From Octopus sinensis (Eukaryota): DNA of 64,000 bases. Location of the stretch: the NCBI RefSeq assembly GCF_006345805.1, contig NC_043010.1:60760001-60824000 (forward strand). Direction: 5' to 3'. Position numbers and translations under genes: made by a program. This document shows, piece after piece, positions 55,512 to 64,000 of the stretch. Every line of letters starts with the position of its first letter. Position 1 is the first letter of the stretch. Under the pieces are notes generated by a model, which was not told where the DNA came from, did not search any database, and saw only the letters and a program-made list of their open reading frames with translations.

Positions 55512-57125
55512 GGTAAAAAAGTCACAGAAAAAAAGTCACAGAAAAAAAAGTCACTACTGGAAAACAAGAAACAGGAAAAAAGAAACAGGAAAAAAGAAAG
55601 AGGATGTTAGCACTGTTTTTGCGTCTTTCTTTGACAGAAAGGTTAACTGTTGAATTGTCACTTTTTTAAAGTTAATATGTCGATCAGTCTCTGTAAAGGA
55701 ATATGCAGAACTGATGATAAATTAATGAGTTACAAACTCAGCACAACCAACGGTTTACACCTCCTCCTGTACCACGTTTGTTAAAAGATCAAGGTGAACT
55801 TCCTATTGACTATACTATGACTGTTGACCCTAATCCCAAGGAATTTTTATTTTATGATAACAAACCAAATGCAAACAATCACATTCTAGGGTTTGGTGCC
55901 AGTGATGGCCTCAGACTCTTTGCTGGTGCTGACACTCTATATATGGATGGCAACTTTGCTATGGCTCCAAATATTTTCAAACAGATATATGTCATCCATG
56001 TCCCTTTCGGTCAAACAGCTGTTACTTCAGGGTACGCTCCAAACAAGACTCATGCCACCCACAAAGAACTCTTTCAGGATATAGTTGATAAGTATGCAGA
56101 CCTAAGCTATTCTATTAATCTGCAGACTGTGGTGACTGACTTTGAAGATGGTGTACCGAGAGCTGTTCTTGCAGTGTTTGGCCACAGTGTAGAGGGCAAA
56201 GGTTGTTTCTATCATCTTACACAATCCACTTGGCGTAAGATCCAGAAACTGGGTTTGATATCAATGCTGAGTTTTGTTTGTTTTGTTGGCATGATCGATG
56301 CTCTTGCTTTTTTGCCCCTGGAAGATGTTAATGAAGACAGGAGATTCCTCAAAACTGTGTCATTCCACAAGATCCACCTGCAGCCAAGGCTTTGCTCATG
56401 TACTTCGATTGTACTTATGTTTGTGGTTCCTTTCGACTGATTCAGCAGTCAGGTGCCTCCAAGAATGCTCACATTCCACCTATGTTTCTCCCTCACCCAT
56501 GGAATGTGCATGATGCCACCATGAGCAACGACACCTGTACCAACATCCGCAAAGGGTGGAATAATAAATTCTTCAACCTCATTGGTTACTACCATCCTTC
56601 ACTCTGGCTTGTGCCATTGAATGGTTTTAATGTGAAGAAGTGACAGCAAGCACCATTATCCAGCAGGATGCTGCTGGCAAACCCCTCAAAGAAGAGTTTG
56701 TCGACATTATGTGCAGCTACAAGAATGCTTTCGCAACTTGTGTGTTGCTCGACAGGAGGACCACAAGACTGTGGCAGATTTTCTTCATGGCATTGGCTGG
56801 AATATTGGTCTTAATCATCAGCATTAAAAATATTGAATATACAGGTAATGCCATGATATTATGTAAGCTGTTTTCAATCTGTACCTGTCATATATTGTCA
56901 ATGAATTAAATATTTCTGTTTGATTATCTTACTATACTTAAGATATGATTTTTTTTCACATACATTTAATGCCATCATATATAAATATAATGGCATTGTG
57001 AATTTTTCCTGTGACTTTATTACTGGCCACCATAAATTAATTGTGACTTTTTTCCTGCGACTTTTTTTCCTAGCCAAAATTGTGACTTCTTTTTCTGTGG
57101 CTGTCTTTTCTGTGACTTTATTACC
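55512..57125 (+). mobile_element. Mutator-like (MULE) DNA transposon with TIRs built from AAAAAAGTCACAG repeats
   Basis: Left end GGTAAAAAAGTCACAGAAAAAAAGTCACAG; right end reverse complement GGTAATAAAGTCACAGAAAAGACAGCCACAG; MULE transposase between. Confidence 0.8.
55778..56810 (+). pseudogene. MULE transposase, frameshifted
   Basis: YMDGNFAMAPNIFKQIYVIH, VVTDFE, GCFYHLTQSTWRKIQKLGL, then in another frame WNVHD...TNIRKGWNNKF (TNN..EGW.N motif). Confidence 0.85.
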
Positions 57126-57544
57126 AGCAAGCATACAGAACAACCAAAGTTAGGTGAACAATCACAGTTGGCTGAGCCCCGTTTTTGCCAATCAATAAGA
57201 ATTTGTTTCTTGTTTATGTTTGTTCCATCAAAGATTAATGTCTGGTTCAAAAGTCTTTATTTGTAAGACAGCAAGAAACAGATACAAAAAAGTAGCCAGT
57301 ATTTCGTTTTTGAGCAGTAGATGGAACACCATTGATGGTAGGTTGTCATCTCTGCTTCAGCAGTTTATTGAAAATGCTACGCGTAGTGTATTTGCCCATT
57401 AAATTGCGTTTTGTGCAATATATTCAAGAATATTCACATCAATATCCTTAAAAACATTTCTCTTCAATTGTTCATACTTGATACAATTTTGTTTGAATTC
57501 CCTCCTCTCATGCACTACTTTTCTTCATGATAAATTATCTAAGG

Positions 57545-57910
57545 TGAGCATTGGGCCTCACAGAAGCAAAGTGGCTGTGTTCCTCTTGAGTGTTGGGCCT
57601 CACTGAGGCAAAGTTCCCTGAGCATTAGGCTTCATGGATCAATGACCGAGACTTTTGGCATTAGGTCATACTTGAGAAGAAGACCCATCAAGCCAAGCAA
57701 AATCACAGTTTCGGAAGATACTGGTGATACACAAATGGCACTTAAATGCACCCATTGCACTCTTGGAGTGGTTGGCATTAGGAAGGGCATCCAGCCATAG
57801 AAAACTATGCCAAATCAGACTGGAATTTGGTGCAGCCTTCCAGCTTGCCAGCCCCAGTCAAACCATCCAACCCAAGCCAGAATGGACAACAGACATTAAA
57901 TGATGATGAT
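57545..57910 (+). mobile_element. RTE 3' UTR fragment (family C)
   Basis: Matches 4470-4830. Confidence 0.8.
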
Positions 57911-57912
57911 GA

Positions 57913-58139
57913 GGTTTTCCCATCCATTTTCTAAGATATTAATCTCCTCCAGTGTATTCTTGATGCAGTCCTTATACCTTAATTTCCTGCACTGGTCTTT
58001 TACTCTGGTTAACTCACTGTCCAAAAATTACATAGGGGTCCAAACATCTTCCATCCTGACCACATAACCAATCCATGTAATCAGTGCTGAAGTACCAGAA
58101 ACTCTATACTGAGAGACTGGCCATATTCAAGGGCTTCAA

Positions 58140-58171
<32 letters not shown>

Positions 58172-59074
58172 TCATCATCATTAACATCATTTAACATCTG
58201 TCTTCCATGCTGGCATGGGTTGGATAATTTGACAGGAGCTGAGGAACTGCCCAGGCTCCAATTGTCTGTTTTTGCATGGTCTCTACTGCTAGATGCCCTT
58301 CCTAAGGTCAACTGCTTTTATAGAGTGTACTGGGTACATTTATGCAGCACTGACACAGGTGCATTTACATGGCACCAGGACAGGTGCTTTTTGCATGGTA
58401 CCAGCACCCATGAGCCTGTAAGATTAGGCACCCTCAGCTGGAGAGGGATACTGGAGACAGCCTGTATGCAAGGACAATCCCAATTTTACTTAGCTTAATG
58501 TGTCTTCTCAAACACAACAACCTGCCAGGTATCTCGGTTCCCTGTCATCCCCGTTGCGAGGCCCAACATCTGAAGATCACTTACATTTGCCATCAGAGAC
58601 CCAGTATGCAGGGAAAACACTGCTGGTGAAATCGCTCCTGCTGTTTCTTATGTTTCTGATGAGTAACTCGGGTCTCACAGGCATAGAACAATAAAAACGC
58701 GACTTAAGCGTTGTAAACAGTCAGTTTTGTCCTAATTGAGCTTCCCTACTTGAATTTCTTGAATGCATCGCTAGTGTTCTCAATTCAGAAGATTTCATCG
58801 TCAAGAGTGTTTCTCATACTCTCAGAATTGCCTAAATACACACATTTATCCCCAACCTGAAATTTCTGTCCATTCCCTAAAATGTTAGACTAATAGTGGG
58901 CTTTGCCTGTTGCAGGTTGGTACATTACGGCCTTTCTTTTCAGGCTGATTGTTGACCCAACGCACAGCATGCTGTTGTTGTGAAAGAGTCCACACGATGC
59001 TGCATGTTGTTACTCTGAGAGAAAGCAATAGGATCACACTCACCAGCATGCAGCAATTTGATATCAGTGATTTC
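57913..59074 (-). pseudogene. Old RTE-clade LINE RT and C-terminal fragment, split by a family C tail (about 58150-58600)
   Basis: IKLLHAGECDPIAFSQSNNMQHRVDSF...AVMYQP (decayed LLFADD region) and WIGYVVRMED...KLRYKDCIKNTL...WENL. Confidence 0.7.
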
Positions 59075-59300
59075 ACCATCCGTTCGTGGCCGTTTGCCAG
59101 ACTCGTCTGGCACCTGTGCGGGTGGCACGTAAAAAGCACCCACTACGCTCATGGAGTGGTTGGCATTAGGAAGGGCATCCAGCTGTAGAAACATTGCCAG
59201 ATCAAACTGGGCCTGGTGCAGCCTTCTGGCTTCACAGACCCCAGTTGAACCGTCCAGCCCATGCTAGCATGGAAAGCGGACGCTAAACGATGATGATGAT
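59075..59300 (+). mobile_element. RTE 3' UTR fragment (family C)
   Basis: Standard tail with (GAT)n. Confidence 0.85.
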
Positions 59301-59429
59301 GAGGAGGAGGACATAAATACAATCATACAAACATACATAAATGTATACAAACATGCATACATACGTATGTGTGCATACATTACATACATACATACATACA
59401 TGCACTAACATACATACAAAACCGCTGAC

Positions 59430-59845
59430 ATGGCCGATGACAGTTCCGCCTGATTGGTACTTGTGCCAGTGGAACATTACAAGCACATCCGAGCATGGTC
59501 GTTGCCAGGGCCACAGATTGGCTCCTGTGCTGGTGACACGTGAAAAGCACCATTCAAGCATGATCGTTGCCAGGGCCACAGATTGGCTCCCGTGCTGGTG
59601 ACACGTGAAAAGCACCATTCAAGCATGATCGTTGCCAGCGTCACTTTACCAGTACATGTGTCAGTGGCACATGAAAAATGACATTCCGGTGTGGTCACTG
59701 CCAGTGCCACCAGACTGGCTCCCACGTAGGTAGCTCGTAAAAAAGCACCTTTTGAGCCTGGTTGTTGGCCCTCATGCTGGTGGCATGTAAAAAGCACCCA
59801 CTAGACCCTCGGAGTGGTTGGCATTAGGAAGGGCATCCAGCTGTA
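59430..59845 (+). mobile_element. RTE 3' UTR tandem units (family C), including a near-exact 63-bp duplication
   Basis: CGTTGCCAGGGCCACAGATTGGCTCC.GTGCTGGTGACACGTGAAAAGCACCATTCAAGCATGAT occurs twice. Confidence 0.8.
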
Positions 59846-60618
59846 GTGGTATTTTGTCAGTCTTTACGTTCTGAGTTCAATTTCCACCGAGGTCAACTTT
59901 ACCTTTTATCCTTTCAGGGTCGATAAATTAAGTACCAGTTGTATACTGGGGTTGATCTAACTGACTGCCCCCCCCTTCACCCCAAAAATTTTGGTCCTTG
60001 TGCCTAGAGTAGAAAAGAATATCTTGTTCCTCTATTGGGGTAGTCCTTGTTCACCTTAGACATTCTCCACAATAAGCTAACTTCTATTATAACATTTCAA
60101 ATGCTCTTTCTTCTCAGCCTCAGTGAGGGTCAGTGTGCCAGCATCACTTTTCTCCGACAAACTCTTGATGCACCCTTACTCACTGCTTTACAATCCTCAT
60201 TTTGCATCTCTGATACTTTTGATGCAAAAAACCTTTTGCTTTCAAATTTCCTCCATGTTATGGAAACCAGAAACTTAGCTTCTTTTTTTTTGCCACTTAA
60301 TATCGTTCTTTGCTGACCCCTTCCTTGGTGAGGAGGGGGATTATTGGACACCCCTTAGGATAGAAAATAAGACCCCTCAAAGGGTGGAGAAACTCATAAG
60401 TAGTCAACAGCCACCCACTCCATGGTGCATGCTCCTGTGATCCAGAGAGCTATGCTAGTGGGAGCAAGTCACCTGGCAGGTACAATAAGCCAGACAGGTC
60501 AAAGGGTAGCAGCTAGACAAAATCTTAATCCAGTTCTGTATTTAAGAGATGAGGAATTATGTACATTATTTACATTATTTACATTTGATGGATATTTGTC
60601 CTCATCTTGTTTGTTGTT

Positions 60619-60664
60619 AACACAACGTTTCGGCTGATATACCCTCCAGCCTTCATCAGGTGTC
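60619..60664 (-). ncRNA. Minimal type I hammerhead ribozyme motif (intact core)
   Basis: GACAC-CUGAUGA-A-GGCUG(gaggguauau)CAGCC-GAAA-CG-UU-GUGUU: 5-bp stem I, 5-bp stem II, palindromic ACGU stem III, GUU site. Confidence 0.8.
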
Positions 60665-60876
60665 TTGGGGAAATTTCAAACCTGGGTTCTCATTCCTAAG
60701 GCATTTTTCAATGTTATTATTATTATTGTTATTATTTAGGTCACTACCTGGAATTGAACTCGGAATCTTGGGGTTAATAGCCCGCACTCTTAACCACTAC
60801 GCCACGGGCATATGGCATAGTGATTAAGAGCGCGGGATACTAACCCCAAGATTCCGAGTTCAATTCCAGACAGTGA

Positions 60877-60908
<32 letters not shown>

Positions 60909-60961
60909 GTAACATTGAAAAATACCTTAGGAATGAGAACCCAGGTTTGAAATTTCCCCAA

Positions 60962-61007
60962 GATATCTGATGAAGGCCGGAGGGTATATCAGCCAAAACA
61001 TTGTGTT
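60962..61007 (+). ncRNA. Decayed hammerhead motif in the right arm
   Basis: CTGATGAAGGCCGGAGGGTATATCAGCC-AAAA-CATT-GTGTT; GAAA to AAAA and CG to CA changes, consistent with CpG decay, predict inactivity. Confidence 0.6.
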
Positions 61008-61390
61008 AACAACAAACAAAATGAGAACAAATATCCGTCAAATGTAAATAATGTAAATAATGTAAATAATGTAAAATCTTAATCATCCAGAGGACTAAAC
61101 CTGAAATGATCAAAATCAAAGCAGCGGGGTGTGACCGTTACACTGGCCTGCATCAACAGATTGCTTTTGTGGTTTTGCAACATGATGGCTTTAGTGGGCA
61201 TCAACCAGTCTCAAGAGTAGACTGCTGTGGTCACATTTATATTGCCACACTATCAGACTACTTAAAACCTCCTTCTGGTCTTTCCAGACCTTTCTTTCAC
61301 CTTTTATGATTCTACCTATGCTACTCTTGATCCAGTCACAGATCCTGTGATCCACATCTGGGTCTTTCAGAAATTTCAAGATGTCCTCTA

Positions 61391-61584
61391 CATTAGCACA
61401 CCGGGCAAAATGCTTAGCGGTATTTCGTCTGCCGTTACGTCTTGAGGTCAACTTTGCCTTTCATCCTTTCGGGGTTGATAAATAAAAGTACCAGTTTCAC
61501 ACTGGGGTCGATGTAATCGACTTGATCACTTTGTCTGTCCTTGTTTGTCTCCTGTGTTTAGCCCCTTGTGGGAAGTAAAGAAAT
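61391..61584 (+). mobile_element. tRNA-derived SINE (family B)
   Basis: Matches 22665-22893 with a deletion over the B box. Confidence 0.8.
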
Positions 61585-62206
61585 ATATATTATAGCTCCC
61601 TCCCTCTCTCTCTCTCTCCTCCACGTACCGTCTCTCCGGCATCTTTCATTTCCCATACTTCCTTCTCCAGATTATTTGTAGCCCTTACTCTGAAGCCACT
61701 GGTCTAGGTTCAGAGCTGACCCTTCTCCCAGCAAAACAGTCTCTACAACAGTCTGTCTTTTCCATTTCCAAGTGAATGTGAAGAAGTCGATCCGGCTTAG
61801 ATGTTTACCTGATTGGTCAGTGGTCAGTGGTCAAGTGGTCAAGTGGCCGGATGGTTTCCGGAAGTTCATGCCTGCAAATAGTTTGGTCATTTGGTTGGTT
61901 CCTTGTTGTCACCATCAGTAGCAGCAGCAGCAGCAGCAGCAGCAATGCCACCAATGGTAGCGGCACTAACAGCAGAAGCAGCCGTATCAATTCTATGCCT
62001 GCCTTCCCCGTCCTTGCTTTGGATTAGACAGGTCTTCCTCTTGATGGCATCTTGCCATTTGTTGCATTCTCATCGTTTCATTTGTAAAGTTAAACTTCTT
62101 GAGATCAGCTTTCACTACTTCTACACGTCTCTCTTCCTTGGTTCTTTTCCTCTTCCCTTAGTTTCCGTCAGCTTGGAGAACCTGGCACTTCTTTATATAT
62201 ATATAG

Positions 62207-62243
<37 letters not shown>

Positions 62244-62527
62244 TATATATATACAAATGTGTGTGTGTATGTAGATGTGTATGTGTGTATCTGTATACAT
62301 ATATATATACATATATACGTGTGTATGTGTGTGCGCGCGTGTGTGTGTATCACTTTATATCAGCCAAACAATTCGATGTTGTCGTGCACCACTTGTCATA
62401 ATCTGCTTTCAGTATTCACTCTACTTTGTTTCCAAGTCACCTCATTCCAGATATGTTTCCACAATGATATTCCTAGCATGAATCTTTTCGTGTCCAATAT
62501 GTAAGGAAATATTCATATTTATATATA

Positions 62528-63560
62528 CAGGGTGCGTAAGATATTTAAGGACAAATTTATGTTTATAAAAAAAAGAAAGATATATGACAGATAATAACTT
62601 TATTTATCAAAAATTGCTACGAGGATAAAAATAAACCTTCTTTTCTATAATGTTATTCAATAAAGCCACCTTCAGCTACAACTGCTTCCAAATGAGATCT
62701 AAATCATCTACAAGCTTGAATCAAATGGTCCTGGTTCATTTTGGACATTACTCTGACTATGGCACCTTTCAAGGAATCTTTGGTGTTATGGGTGTGTTCA
62801 TTGACCTCTCAACAATGCTCCACATGTAATAGTCTAATGGATTGAGATCTGGGGAATTAAGAGGCCAAATGTTAGGGGTTACGTGATCATGAAAATTTTC
62901 AGCCATCCATTCTGTTACTAGAGCCATGTCTGATAGTGCAGAGTCTTACTGAAACACAGGTAGCTTTCCATTGTATACACTGTATATCCAGGGTTTAACA
63001 ATTATTTCCAAGACCTCAATGTAGGTGGCAGAGTTAACTCTAAGGCCTTGTGGAAAAAAGTAAGGAGGCATCACATGTCCTTCACTGCTGACAACCCTTA
63101 AAACCATGACAGTTGCAGGAAATTCTGTATGCATAACACTTGCAACTTCAGAAGGATCTGCACATAAGCATCTGCCATTTCTTTTTGATCTTTGTCAAAG
63201 TTTTTCTTGTTTGAGAAAAACCAAATTAAATCTTCTTCTGCTGGATTTTTCAGTTTATTTAAGAGCCTTTTAGATCTGATGTAGTGATTTTCTTTTGCTT
63301 TTTCTGACCAATTGACCTTTCCTCATCATATAAGACTTATATCTGATGTCTTTGTGGCCAACATTTCTGACTGTTCCTTCTGACACATGGAGATCTTTTG
63401 CAATTGACCTCATAGACTTTCTGGGATTGTAATTAATGGTCTGCTGAGCTTGCTGGATAAATTCAGTTGTTCTGATGATTTCAGAGCATTTAGAATGTCT
63501 TTTATGCTTTGATACTGGTGATACGTTTCCATCTTCAGTCTCTAACTCCTTACAAGCTTT
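62528..63560 (-). mobile_element. Decayed maT/DD37D transposon, second family; 5' end lost under a SINE
   Basis: TA|CAGGGTGCGTAAG terminus; NPRKSMRSIAKDLHVSEGTVRN HTH, VVSSEGHVMPPYFFPQG, WPLNSPDLNPLDYYMW, GGFIE*; stops and frameshifts. Confidence 0.9.
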
Positions 63561-63785
63561 GTGTCTGTGTTTGTCCCCCCCCCCCGCCAACATTGCATGA
63601 CAACCGATGCTGGTGTGTTACATCTCCGTAACTTTGTGGTTCGGCAAAAAGAGACCAATAGAATAAATACTAGGCTTACAAAGAATAAGTCCTGGGGTCA
63701 ATTTCCTCGACTAAAAGTAGTGCTCCAGCATGGCCGCAGTCAAATTACTTTAACAAGTAATAGAGTAAAATAGAGTAAAGAGTAT
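63560..63785 (+). mobile_element. Family A SINE 3' half
   Basis: TGTTTGTCCCCC...GACAACCGATGCTGGTGTG...GCTCCAGCATGGCCGCAGTC. Confidence 0.85.
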
Positions 63786-63835
63786 AAGATATATATATAT
63801 ATATATTGGATTAGCATGGAAAACGGACGCTAAAC

Positions 63836-63877
<42 letters not shown>

Positions 63878-63878
<1 letters not shown>

Positions 63879-64000
63879 TGGCATGCAAGAGAGACGTTTG
63901 CATTGGTATGGATGGAGAGGAGTGCTTGTGTGAAGAAGTGCCACTCCCAAACAGTTGAAGGAATCCGGGGTAAAGGTAGACCCAGGAAGACATGGGATGA
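63878..64000 (+). pseudogene. RTE LINE ORF C-terminal fragment running off the window
   Basis: GMQERRLHWYG...CVKKCHSQTVEGIRGKGRPRKTWD. Confidence 0.8.

Larger units (their letters stand above)
60531..61072. mobile_element. Head-to-head dimer of the tRNA-head plus hammerhead element, with 12-bp TSD
   Basis: Arms 60531-60805 (-) and 60806-61072 (+); AAAATCTTAATC at 60519-60530 and 61073-61084. Confidence 0.9.

Noticed and set aside
60806-60878. Possible tRNA gene (also heads at 6611, 8694, 40901, 45748)
   Set aside because: Acceptor stems do not pair well and each head runs into a repeat body; these are SINE heads.

Overview
AT-rich, repeat-saturated animal DNA, probably intronic or intergenic. 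The SINE set, RTE tails ending in (GAT)n and dense (TA)/(CA)/(AAT) microsatellites suggest an octopod cephalopod (inference, no database check). No intact host gene is supported; nearly all long ORFs in the track are microsatellite translations. Recognisable content: three decayed DD37D (maT) Tc1/mariner copies, a decayed MULE transposon with repeat-built TIRs, RTE and R4/Dong-type LINE fragments, several tRNA-derived SINE families, a hAT-type MITE and an unclassified 550-bp repeat inside (AAT)n tracts. The main result is four unrelated non-coding element families carrying minimal hammerhead-ribozyme motifs (CUGANGA or CCGANGA ... GAAA, short palindromic stem III, UH) of the kind known from Penelope-like element pseudo-LTRs; three occur as head-to-head inverted pairs. 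One family fuses a tRNA-derived Pol III head to a hammerhead-bearing 3' end. It sits as a 542-bp palindrome with a 12-bp target-site duplication (60531-61072) and as a solo copy (8694-9097), a candidate ribozyme-bearing SINE mobilised by Penelope-type machinery. All folds were read by eye; repeat boundaries are approximate.
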